A DNA stretch of 64,000 bases, from NCBI RefSeq assembly GCF_009914755.1, contig NC_060944.1; one strand, given 5' to 3'. Position 1 is the stretch's first letter. Every line of letters begins with the position of its first letter. Below the pieces are notes generated by a model that was given only the letters and a program-made list of their open reading frames with translations, was not told the DNA's origin and made no database searches. This stretch comes from the human T2T-CHM13v2.0 reference genome, Homo sapiens. Below are positions 40,003 through 54,752 of the stretch, one piece after another. A program made the position numbers and the translations under genes.

Positions 40003-42305
40003 GAAAGCAACATCTTTAAAGTCTACTTGACAGCTGCAAGACAGCACCCGACCCCCTCCTCTGTATGCAGACTAACTGGAAGTCTGACATTTATGGCCAG
40101 GTAAAACACAGAGCACTCTTCTCTCATGAAATTAGAGGAGCTGAGGGAGCTAAGCATTTCTAAAGTGGATGCCAGCAACCCAAAGATAACTTCGCCTCGT
40201 CCTGGCTATTTGTGGGAAACCTCAGTTCAACAGCTTCTTCATCTTTCAGGGTGAAGTGAAATCTGCCAGTTTACATGCCTTGCCCCAAGCACTCAGAGCT
40301 CCCGGCGAGACTCCTGTTAACTAGACTGATGAGTTTTTTGACTAAATGCTTCATTTTCCACCCTCCCTTGCAGCTGACCATGGTCATGTGATTAGATTCT
40401 GGCCAGCAGTATGTAGACAGCAGTAATGTTCACAGCTGTTAGGTGAAGCCCTTGAAGAGATGGCACGTTTCTTTCCCCTTCCACTCAAACTACTTGGTTC
40501 AACAGTAAATAACTTTAACATGGTCCCAATTGTGTAAATTTAGCTGTTTAAAAAAAAAAAGTTTGGAATCAATCAAGGGATAATGTAAGGAAGACTAAAT
40601 CATGGTTATAGGACAAAATTTAAATATTTTAAATGAAAAAGAAATGGTAAAACTAAAATAACCTGTGAAGAGTCAAATATCATGTGTAACTGATGTAACA
40701 GCAAAGAGATTTTTAAGTATATGATTGACATGTATGATCACAACAACAAATAAGAACTAATCATATAACTTTCAGATATCAGGAGAAACAGATAGGAGTG
40801 GAGATGGGGATAGTAAAAATAAGTTGTAACTTTGTTAATAGAAGCCAAAATAAATTTAAAAACTAGAAGCCTAAGTTCATCACAAAGAGTTATGTGGTTA
40901 CCTGACCAACCCGAAACAGAAGCTGTTTAAGATGATTGTCTCTGGAGAATTAAATGGAATTGAGGATGGGATATATGAGTCAGAGACTTGTGTGTCTCAT
41001 TTTATGCCCTACCATATATATTTTTTAAAAAAGTGTGTGTGATAGCTTTATATGATATCAATAATGACGATAAATTACATAGCCATGCTTTAAAATAATG
41101 CCATCCTAATTTTATTAAAGTAACTTTTCTTTACATGATAGGATATATGTACATGTAGTATGTCAATTTAATTCCCTCCATTTTATTCCAGGACTGCCTT
41201 CCTTAAGTGTTTTCTGTGTTAGAGGATATTTTCAGGAAAAGCAAGTGTAAAGTAAACATTTCTCCTTGGTTATTAAAAAGTTCTAAAGCCCATCACTAGT
41301 TGGGATGCTGTCCTCCCTGTGGTCATCAGAATAATTCAGAGATCAGATTATTCTGGTTTATGTGGCTTGTTCTGGGCAAATGAGCAGGCCAAGCTGCATC
41401 TCAAGGGTTGGCCAACTTCTCAGAGGCCATATATGGCCTTCTACTCAGAAGACTTCTCCTGCATATAACTACAAATCCTTTCCCATCCCACCTTGCAACC
41501 ATGACACTAACCGTATTGCATTATGTATGTTTATGTATATTATGCATTGGGACATAGGTGAGCTCAGCTAGGCCATGACATCCCACAGTTGAGACAGGTT
41601 TGCTTAGAAAGCAGGTGTCTGGGTGTGAACATTTGTGTGTCCCATTAACTGCCATTCCCGATCCATTATATCAATTTCTTCCCTTCCCCTGTAGTCTTTC
41701 ATCCTTGGAGCCTGGCTCAGGGGATTCATGGGACAGAAAAGACAGGATCGGAATCAGAATGTTCTTTTTTTTGATCTCTCACTGCCCCTTACGTTTTATT
41801 CAGTGCAGATAGTTTTTCCCTGCCCCTAAATGAAAACTTGATTTGTCTATGACTTTCCTGTTGATCCTGAGATAGTAAAATACCCTGTCGCTTGGCAGAC
41901 AATCATGGTCTCAATTTAGAATTTATAATATCAAGTCATGTGTGTCAGAATTCTGAAGTTGATTTAAAGTTCACTTTTTCTTTCTTTCACCTTGTCTGAG
42001 GCCTGCTATGGACCGGCTGCTCGACGTAGGGGAAGGGCATAGTCTTTCTACTTTCTTTTTATACCAACCATGTCTCCTCCATTAGCTTGAAAACTGAAGT
42101 TTGTGATTTTACTAGGGGGAGTCAAAAAAAGGTTAAAGGGGGACAGATGTAGAAAAGTTCTTATTTGAAAGCTGGCTTCATGCTCTTACAGTTTCTTCAT
42201 AGACTGTCCCCCAACCCCAGCAACCCCAATACCTGGTGATCTGTCCCTTGCAATTCTTTTGACCTGGGGGGTTGTGTTCTATCTTGTCACTCATTTTCTT
42301 CTCAA

Positions 42306-42494
42306 TAGGGTTGCCAGATACAATACAGGACTCTCAATCAAACTTCAATATGAGATAAATAATATTGTCTTAGCATAAGTACATCCCAAATAATGTATGG
42401 AATATACTTATCCTAAAAAATTATTTGTTGTTTAACTGAAATTCAAATTTAACTAGGCATACTGTATTTCTATTTGCTAAATCTGGCAACTGTA
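42306..42494 (+). mobile_element. MER53 palindromic MITE
   Basis: TIRs TAGGGTTGCCAGAT / ATCTGGCAACTGTA, internal GAAATTCAAATTTAACT. Strand arbitrary. Confidence 0.85.
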
Positions 42495-42877
42495 GGTAGA
42501 AGATGTTTTTCAGGGATGTCTGCTTTTTTGGGCCAACCAAATCTGGATATTTAATTATGCTATGCTCTACTACTACAACATTATTTTTCCATGTCAAGCA
42601 CCTTTTCACAAATATAACATCTTAAAAGAGCTTCGTAGAGCAACTGAATATGTTATAAACTTTTCCTTCTTTTTAAAAATGTAACCATCTGTCCAAAACT
42701 GTAACTCAAATGTTAAACATTTAGTACATTAAAAAAATTATATCAGTACCTACATGTGAGAGAGTGTTTTAAGTCAACTAGAGCGTCAACTTATAAGAAG
42801 CTATGGTTGGAAGGAAGTGACCCTTTCTACATGTCAGTCAGTATCTTCTGAAACAACTGGCAGACAGTAGGTGCTTA

Positions 42878-43417
<540 letters not shown>

Positions 43418-45124
43418 TTATTAGAACAAACTATTGCTTTCCTTATGGGGGCAGTAGAATTTTGTTTCTTTCAGGACCATTAAAGAGACAGCTGTGCCAG
43501 AGAAAGGACTAGTTTATCCCTTCTTTTCAATTCCATCAGGCCTGTTCTGAGCCAAATCCATTCCAATCAGTTTGACTCATTATTCTTCAAGATGGAAAGC
43601 TGGATATTTTTACCCAACATATAGGAATTTCATGTGACTTCTCAAATTCATACAAAACACTTGCAAAAGAGAACAGAATTTTTTAAGAGAAACTTTTAAA
43701 GCTCCTTGCCTCTAACATCACTTTCTTAGCTAGCCAATTTCATGTAGCCAAGGAGGTAAATGGATGTAGCTAAGTAATTTCCTTTCAATAAATTGAAATA
43801 AAGATTCCCTAAAGCTTGCTGTATACTACTAGAAGTCAGAAAAAGAAGATGACACTAGAAATAGTAAAGTATCTTCCTATCTGCTACAGATTAGAGGCAA
43901 ATATAAATATGACCGCTGCCATCTCCCCCCAACAACAGTGCAAAATATTCTGGTACAAATATGTGAAGGAAAAGGCTAACACATGCATATACAAAATGCC
44001 ATTTGATAGCATTCGTGTTACACCCTTGGGAAGGAGATTGCTAGCCTTGCTGTCCCTAATTCAGTTGTAAAGAAATTGTATATAACGTTTCAAGTTGGTT
44101 AAGCTGGAATTCCATTTCCAAGAATCCCCTGCCCTGTGTGATTCTGGTTGCGTTGGCTAAAAGAAGAGTTTTGAAGGTTGAAGTGAAGCAGCAACCATTC
44201 CTCTCTGAAGGTTGTCACAGTTCAATGTGGTGACAGTCGCAGAGATGCTGGCAAGTTCTGGCTTGATCTTACTCTCCTCCACCCTGCGTCTTGCTCTTCT
44301 TTCTACCTGCTTTCCCCGTTTACCAAGCACGGCCCAAGACCCAGCACCACAGGCTTGACTGCAGACCCACAGAGGCAACAGCCTCGGGGCATTTCCCTCT
44401 CTATGAACCTTCCCTTCATGCTTCTCTTGCATGGCTGGGCACCCTTGGCTTCTCAGATTGACTGGATGGTGACTTCCCCCATCTTCCAACTTTCCCCCAG
44501 CGCCTTCATTTCCCCAGCCTTTCCCACAACTGTATAAAGTCTGCTAGCTGTAACAAATCCCTTCTCCCATGGCTTCATGTGCCAAAGGTCACTGAGGATT
44601 ACTGAAGCCCAGTTTCTCTGGACATCAAAGTTCTCATTTAGAACAAAGCTGCCATCAAAGTGTCTAGCTCTGCATTATGCAATAGACTGTGCCCTTGCTA
44701 AAGGTAAACTTGATGTGACTGCATTTGGATGTAACAGCCAAATATACACTAGCAGTATACCCATGAGTAATAGGAACTTCTTGAGAATAACAATCCCATC
44801 TGAGAGAAAAGCTCATACACAATGAAGCCGGCTCAGGAAGCTTAGCCTCATTACAATGCCGTGATTTTTAACTTGTGTGGGGGTGTTGCTGGTAAAATTG
44901 AGTAGCAGGCACCCTGTATGGGTGAAAGCTCAGAGAAGTTAATTCAATAAAAGTCAAGATGGTATGAAATTGCTGATGAGGGGGGACAGAATGATTTTAC
45001 AGCATGTATTTTAAAAGGCCCTAATGCTTGTGATAGTGTATGCTCAGATATCTGGATTATTTCCTTCTTTGGACCACTACCATCAACTTTGAAGACAACC
45101 CTCATTTCTCAATGTGCAGGAGCT

Positions 45125-45535
45125 GTCTTGCCCTGCCCACTCCCTCCGTACTCACCTGTAAATGCTGCCTCCTAGAATAGCTGTGATCCTGCCTAAGGGC
45201 TTTTGTCAGGCAGCAGGAACCTTTCACCCACATGAGCAAAACAGAAATGCTGGAGTGTTCATGCCCTTGGTGGCATCACTCAATAACAATAAGGAATCAG
45301 TGGATACCTACCCGAGTGTGTGCCCTAGTCTGTCTCCCCAAGCTCTTCAGTGGGTTTGAGCTCTAGTAGCCTGCAGTGGTAATGCACGTGATAATGCACC
45401 CTGTTTTAGCTGCTCTCCCTTCCCTGTCTCACTTTCCCACTCCCGTGCTGATATTTCCTGGGATCTGCCTCCTAATAAACCACTTGCATGTGAGTCTGTG
45501 TCTCCAAGCCTGCTTCTGAGGGATTAAAACTAATG
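45125..45535 (+). mobile_element. LTR16-like ERVL LTR
   Basis: CTTCCCTGTCTCACTTTCCCACTCC...TTTCCTGGGATC...AATAAACCACTTGCA...CTGCTTCTG. Confidence 0.6.
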
Positions 45536-46171
45536 CCTTCTCCATGGCTCTTAGCCAGGGATGCTTCTTCCTGGCTATTTGTTCTCATTAAGGATTCGTT
45601 TAGGTTAAAATTTGTATTGGGTAAAAAGAGAAGGGGAAGGGGCTTTGCAGGTAAAGCAAAGATGTCTGATGATAAAGTGTACTATGATACTAAATTATAG
45701 ATTTCCCTGGAAGCCTCCAAATGAATTTTGGGTCTCAGAGAGAGTTATGAGACCCGGAGGATGGTAGGAAGGGGCCTGTCTCTCTCTTTCTAAGCCCAGT
45801 GAGAGGGACTTCAACAAGACTCTTTGGGGAGCTTGATATGCACCTCTACAGGTGGGGAGACACGATGTTCTGGTGCCTGCCACCTCTCTAGAGAAGCTGA
45901 GAGTTAGAGGAGAGCAGGCAGCTTGTTGCTCTGAAGGCAGAGCAAGGGCAGATACTGCAGCCTTGGGCTTGCCCTGGGTCCTAGTGGTCACTTGCTAACA
46001 TACCTTATATTTGCTGATGAAGAATGGGGGAGTGCTTCTAGTGGAAAGGAATTTGGCCTTGTGCGTGAGAGAGAGAGGGAGTGTGCATGTTCTCTTAGAT
46101 CCTGAAAATAGGTAAACAGCCTCAGGAGAAAGAGGCTGGAGCAAATAGCTGCATTTCCAGGTGTTGAGAAA

Positions 46172-46362
46172 TAGGATGGCTGAATTTAACAAAAATACAA
46201 TATGCCCAGTTAAATTTAAATTTTAGTTGAGCAATGATTTGTTTTGAAAGTATAAGTAGATCCCATGCACTGACTGGGATGTACTTACGTAAAAATTATT
46301 ATTTGTTGTTCAGGTGAAATTCAAATTTACCTAGACATCCTGTATTTTATCTGGCAACTCTG
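46172..46362 (-). mobile_element. MER53 MITE, second copy, opposite orientation to 42306
   Basis: TGCCCAGTTAAATTTAAATT...GAAATTCAAATTTACCTAGACATCCTGTATTTTATCTGGCAAC. Confidence 0.8.
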
Positions 46363-49288
46363 CTTCCAAACCGCCTCCATTTCCCAGCAGGACTAGAAGG
46401 AAGGTTCTGTAATTGTGAAAATGAAGTACTTATCATGATACCTGTAAAAAAAAAAAATCCTTGGAGTAGAAAGTGAAGGTTTTGCTGTGCTCCCGAACTG
46501 AGCTAAAGTGTTAATAAAAACTTAATGCTCAACTTAATTAATTGTTTTTTCTTTTAACTAATTAATCTATTGATCACATATTTACTGAGTGAATACTATA
46601 GGTCAGACATAGTTCCAAGCACTAGGCACACAACAGTGAACAAAGCAGATCAAGTTCTTGACCTCACAGAGCTTTGATTCTAGTGATGTCTGTACGTGGC
46701 AATCCGAATAGAACTTGGGACCAAGGAGGCCTGCAGAGTTTTGAAGCAGGTGATGGTTCCTGCCTTAGCTCTTGCAATTCTTGCCTCCTGCACTGGTGTC
46801 CAAAACTCCCCAGGGACACCATCAAGAGGAAAACCTCCATTATTGCCAGCACTGCTCGGCCTTGCTAAGATCTGTCTGCAGATGGGATTTGGGGACAATA
46901 TGACTGCAGACTGCTCAGCTAGACCTGGTGCTATATATTTCCTTCATACCATACTTCATTTCCAAAGGGATTCGAAGCAGCAAACTCATGCAGCTTTATC
47001 TGCTTCACTCACTCATTCATTCGCTTCATTCAGTCAAAAAAGAGATGAGTAAGGCATGGCTCCCAGCTCACAGGGCCATGAACCATGATACGCTGGAGTA
47101 AAGGAAGGACAAGGCCCTCAAAGCAAGAAGCTACCGACTCTGGGAACTGCAAATTGCAATGTCATCATATATGATGCTGTCAAGAAAAAACAAATTAAGG
47201 AGAAACAGGAAATGCTTCAACTCCCTCTCCTATAATTCAATTACAATTTTGCTTCCTGCTTCTTTTCCTAACCCTTTCTACCACACTCTGTGAGGGTCAT
47301 AGAATGAAAACAAATATAAATACTGAATTGCAACCACATGCAGATAGCACATGTAATAAAAGAAGCCTGCCTATCATGGAATTTAACATGACTGGCTGGG
47401 GGGAATCAGGCTCTTTGTCCTTTTAAACTTGGCTCATATTTTAAATGACGTTCCTCTGGGTACATCATGTTTTAGTCTAAAAGAAAAGTATCAGGCCAGT
47501 TTGTATACACATTCAAATAAATATACTTTACCAGGTAGGTGTCTGCATTAACCTAGGGAATGTATGAGTGTGTGAGTGTTTAGCCAGCCACACATATTGT
47601 GTGTATACTCACCATGTGTGTATAGAAAATGCTACCTGCATGGGTTGACAATTTGATGTTTCCTACCTTATGCTAACTATTCCCCTTTGGCCAGTTTTTT
47701 CCCCAACATCAGTAATATTATTCAGTTATTCCCTAAGGGGTGAAAATTAAGTGCTATTCTGTGTGCAGAGTAGGGGAAATTAAATCTAGCTGCAACAAGT
47801 TGGAGCTGCTCCATAATCCATAATCTGTAGCCATGATTTGATTTCCAAAATTTACTGCTGGAAATAAGGTTAATAGTCCCCACATGTTTTCGTTAAGTCT
47901 AAATTTCACCTCAATTATAGGTGAGGAAACTGAGACTCAGAGAAGCTAAAGCCCCCAGTTTAAGTTTGAAGGGCTGGTTAGTCACAGTCTCTCGCACCAG
48001 TGATTGAGTGACTACAGCCTGCTGCCCCCTTTTTTTAGAGGGTGGGTGTATACATCAAAGCCTGCATGTGTTAAATACATAGGAGGGGACCAATCTGAGT
48101 TGGTACGTGACCCCTTCACCAAAGTAGGAACTGAGAAAATGACCTTCTCCAGCTCACCTCTCTAGAAGGAGGGGCACTGATGATCTTTGGAGATGATTTT
48201 AGAGGCAAAGCTAGAAGCTGCAAGGCCACCCCAGAACCACCAAGCCCAGTGGAACGTCAGACGGCATCTGCTCAGATGCTGATCTTGTGTAATTCATAAA
48301 TCACTGAGCCTGTTGACTCGGACTTCTGATGGGCTACATAAGCCCACCAAGGTATGTTTTAACTCTGCTGTCTTTGCCTTTCTAATATTTCACATTGAAG
48401 TTCTTATAATGCAGAATCTCCCTGAAACTTCTAATGGGTTTCATTCTTTTGTTGACTCTTCATTCATTCAGGTAAGTAACTTCGCATTTTTCATTTGTAC
48501 TGGTATCAGCCATTTCCTAAACATTTTAATGTTGCTGGTTTTGAATAATAGCCACTCCACGCATAGCAATCTCAACCTCCCGCTCCACTCAGGCAAATGC
48601 AGCCATCCATTTACAGATGTGCATAGGAGCTCTTTGCTTATCAGGGCTGCCGTTTTCACAAGATCCCAAGCCTTATAGATTCCATTACACTCCGCAAAAC
48701 GGCACACTTGGTCTTTGTGTTGTATGCACTTATGTCCAAGTTTTATGATTATTCAAGAGAGTGGTCGTGGCATAAGAACTCTGAATTAAGCCTGAGTGAT
48801 GCTGGCATGCCAGAGGCAAGTGTGAGCACAGATCTTGACAGCCAAATAGCACATCCTGTTCCATATCACATAAAGTTAAGTGTGCACACCATATGAATAG
48901 CCACGTACATTATCTTATACTGCAGTTCAGAGTAGTTGGTAAACGGAAAAAAAAAGATTCTCTGTTTTCCTCATTTCTATGCATGATGACAGATCTTGAC
49001 AGTATCTTGGAGGGTTGCTAATTTAGTTTCAGGCAGAACCATGCAATTCCTATTGTCTCAGCATGACTAGACCACCTCTTCAGATTTCATAATGGGAAAA
49101 TAACACAATATCTGCATTTGTTCTTCTGGCAGCCAGCTAGTGGTGTGATTGCATTGTTTTCTCAATCAAGAAGTACCATTATTTCAGATAGACTGGTACA
49201 TGGAAGAAGAAAAAAAGTACCATTGCTTTTGTCTTCATTGAGTTACATCAGGATGATTTTCTTTGGTAGTGTTATATTAGAGAAAGTA

Positions 49289-49606
<318 letters not shown>

Positions 49607-49871
49607 TTATTTTCTCTCATTTAAGCATCTAACATTATTATATGCCTAACAGAGTATATTTATCTCATAAAAGTTGCTGAGAATTCTTTTAAATTAAATT
49701 TACTCCGTAGTTGCATTATATTATAAAATAAGAGATGTATTCCAGGGAAGAAAGTTTTAAGTAATACTTTTATATTAATCAACTGTTGTTGCATAAGAAA
49801 CAACCACAAAAAGTTTATTGGCATAAATCAGTAAACATTATTTTTCATCCACACATCTGTCATCCAGCTGA

Positions 49872-50349
<478 letters not shown>

Positions 50350-50497
50350 AACAAGAGCTGCTGCTTAAGACCTAAGCTCAGAATAGGCCCAATGTTACTG
50401 TTGCCTACATTCGTTCGCCAAATCAAGTCATACGACAAAAACCAACATCAATGACACTAGGAAAAATACTTATCCCATGATTACACCTTCAGCTTTA

Positions 50498-50844
<347 letters not shown>

Positions 50845-51240
50845 TTAAATCTAAGTTTTAAATTCGTGCAATATGAATAACAATCATATACTACAGTCAA
50901 ATTTCAAAACAAAAAAAACACAAAGAATGGAAAAAAAGTAACCAGTTTGGCAGGCTGTTTCTCATTTTATCCCATTTCACATTTTATTTCCTATTTTATC
51001 TTCTAAGAGTCAGAAACAAATTCCGATAATGTAGAGAAAGTTCATTAGCAATTTTATTAAGAAATGCAACTAATTTTTAAGTGCTGTGTTAAACCAACAA
51101 ATGCTCAAATTCATTTACATTAATAAGATTACACTATTTTAAATTTTCACAGGCAAATGTATTGAAATATAATGTCATGGCTTACCCTAATGCTTATTAT
51201 TATATGTATAAAGACTTTAAAAATAATTGATTTTGATATT

Positions 51241-51565
<325 letters not shown>

Positions 51566-52153
51566 TGAAATTAATTATTAAGAGCTCTTTCAGATGACTA
51601 TGTTTTTCAAGCTTTGTATAAACATGGCATACACATTGTATGTAGATATATTGATTTATCAATTTATTGATTGGTGATAAAGATTGGATGGGGGTGGGGA
51701 ATGGTTATGTGTGAGAAAATAATGTTTGTTAACTACTCTCTACAAATTGGTTTTATAATACATATTTTACCTAATGAGAATGTGGAGTCTCAAGGAACAC
51801 TTGCCCAGAGAATTTCAGTTAACAAATAATAAATGTATCTCATTTTGTTCACATAGATAAAACCAGTAGTGAAGCTTATATTCTTCTCATGCACCATACT
51901 GCTATTCTGGTTGACACAGCTGCAAGAAGGTTAATTTCGTTCCTCTTTTTCTTCCTTAGCAATTTTTTTAAATAACAAAAGTTAAATTTTATCTGGGCAT
52001 CTTCTCTTTTGAGATACACTGGATGGATATTTCTCTGCCACCCAGAGGATAAAAGATTATAATTTTCTTCAGTCTTCTGATAATATCATGCATTTTTTCA
52101 TATGCTTTTGGGGATTGCAGATGGTCACTGAATAATTGTTATTGTATTATTAC

Positions 52154-52192
52154 ATATTTTAGAAGTCATAATTGTAATGACTTCTAAAATAT
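52154..52192. repeat. Perfect 16-bp inverted repeat with 7-nt spacer
   Basis: ATATTTTAGAAGTCAT-aattgta-ATGACTTCTAAAATAT. Confidence 0.95.
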
Positions 52193-52325
52193 ATCACATG
52201 ACTACTTGTGATTGACTTCAGCATACATTGTATATAGTTTAAAAAATATTCTCAAAATACCAATTGGTCATGATTTTGAACCATTGGTGTGCACAGAACA
52301 AATGCAGAAATGTTTTGTGAACAAA

Positions 52326-54752
52326 TGATATAGTTTGGATATTTCTCCCCTCCAAGTCTCATATAGAAATGTGACCCCCCGTGTTGGAGGTGGGGGTCTA
52401 GTGGGAGGTGTTTGGGTCATGGGAGAAGATCCTTCATGAATGGTTTGGTGCCCTCCTCATAGTGTTAGTTCATGTGAGAGCTAGTTGTTTAAAAGAGCCT
52501 AGCACCTCCTTCCCTCTCTCTTGCTCCCTCATGCCATGTGACATGCTGGCTCCCCCTTTGCCTTCCACTATGGTTGTAAGCTTCCTGAAGCTTCATCAGA
52601 AGCTGAGTAGATATGGGTGTGATGTTTGTACAGCCAGCAGAACTGTCAGCCAAATACACCTGTTTTCTTTATAAATTACCCAGCCTTAGGCATTCCTTTA
52701 TAGCAATAAAAAATGGACTGACACAGAAAATTGTTACTGAGAAGTGGGGCATTGCTGTAAAGATACTTGAAGATGTGAAAGTGGCTTTGAAACTGGTAAT
52801 GGGCACAGGGTTGGAAGAGTTTGGAAGGCTTAGAAAAAGACAGGAAGACAAGGGAAAGTTTGCAACTTCTTAGAGACTTGTTAAGTGGTTGTGACCAAAA
52901 TGCCAATAGAAATATGGACAGTGAAGGCCAGGCTGACTCAGATAAAAATGAGGAAGTTATTGGGAACTAGTGTAGAGAACAAGGTAGTGCTAGTACCTTG
53001 TTGTGTACTAGCAAAGGGCTTGGCTGCATTGCATCCACGTCTGAGGCCTCTGTGGAAGGTGAAACTTAAGAGTGATGACTTAGGATATTTGGAAGAAGAA
53101 ATCTCTAAGCAGCAAAGCATTCAAGATGTGGCATGGCTGCTTCTGAAAACCTATACATAGATATGGGAGCAAAAAAATGACTTAAAGTTGGAACTTACAA
53201 TTCAATGAGAAGCAGAGCTTAAAAATTTGGAAAATTCACAACTTGACCCTGTGGTAGAAAAGGAAAAAGCATTTTCAGGAGAGACATTCAAGTGGGCTTC
53301 AGAGCAACCACTTGCTAGAGAGATTTGCATGACTGAAAGGGAGCCAAGTGCTAATATTCAAGACAATGAATAAAAGGCCTTGAAGGCATTTCAGAACTCT
53401 AGGCTGCCCTTCCCATCACAGGCCCAGAGACCTAGAAGGAAGGAAGGAATTGATTAGGGGGCCAGGCCCAAGGCTCCACTTTCCTTGCAGCCTCAGGACA
53501 CTGCTCCCTGGATCCACGCTAGCAGTGCTGTAGCTTCAGCTATAAGGGCCCCAGGTACAGCTTGGGCTGCCACTGTGGAGAGCACAAGCCATAAGCCTTG
53601 GTGAGTTCCATGTGTTGCGAAGTCTGCAAGCATGCAGAATGCAAGAGTGAAGGAGGCTTGGTAGCTTCCACCTACATTTCAGAGACTGTATGGGAAAGCG
53701 TGGGTGCCCAGGCAGTAGCCTGCTACAGAGGCGGAGCCCCTGCAGAGAGTCTCTACTAGGTCAATGTCTAGGGGAAAATGTGGGGTTGGAGCTACCATAC
53801 AGAATCCCCACTGGGGCACTGCCTAGTGGAGCTGTGGGAAGGGGTTGCCACCCTCTAGACAAGAGAATGGTAGAGTCACCAGCAGCTTGCACCTTGAGCC
53901 TGGAAAAGCCACAGGCACTCAACTCCAACCTTTGAAAGCAGTCACAGAGCACAGAGGCTGCACCCTACAAAGCTACAGGGGCAGGGCTTCCCAAGGCCTT
54001 GGGAGCCCACCCCTCACACCAGTGTGCTTAGGATGAAGAGCCTGGAGTCAAGGATTATGCTGGAGCTGTAAGATTTAGTGTCTGCCCTGCTGTTGCCTCA
54101 TTCTTTTGGCTGATTCCTCCCTGTAGTAATGGGATTGTTTACCCAATGCCAGTTCTACCATTGTATCTTGGAAGTAAATAACTTATTTTTGATTTTACAC
54201 GTTCCTAGGTAGAAGGAACTTGCCATGGGTTTCAGATGAGGGTTTGGACTTTTGAGTTAATGCTGGAATGAGTTAAGACTTTGGGGAACTACTGGGAAGG
54301 GATGGTTGTATTTTACAGTGTGAGAAGGACATGAAATTTGGGGGATCAGGGGTAGAATGATATGGCCTGGATATCTGTCCTCTCCAAATCTCATGTTGAA
54401 ATGTAATCCTCAATTTTGGAGGCAAGGTCTAGTGGGGAGTGTTTAGCTCTTAGGGAGCAGATCCCTCATGAATGGCTTGGTGTCCTCCCCATAGTTTCAG
54501 TTCATGCAAGAGTTACTTGTTTAAAAGAGCCTGGCACCTCCTCCGCTCTCTTTTGCTCCTTCTCATCATGTGACACACTGGCTCCCCCTTTGCCTTCTAT
54601 CATGATTACAAGCTTCCTGCAGCCTCACCAGAAGCTGAATGGATCGTGGTACCATGCTTGCACAGCTGCAGAACCATGAGCCAAAGAAACCTTTTCTTTA
54701 TAAGTTACCCAGTCTCAGGTATTCCTTTATGGCAACTCAAAACAGATTAACA
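52326..54752 (+). mobile_element. Complete MST (MSTB-type) MaLR: LTR 52326-52725, internal 52726-54357, LTR 54358-54752
   Basis: Two homologous TGATAT...ACA LTRs, PBS-like GAAAATTGTTACTGAGAAGTGGGG, PPT-like GGGGGATCAGGGGTAGAA, TSD ACAAA/CCAAA. Confidence 0.92.
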
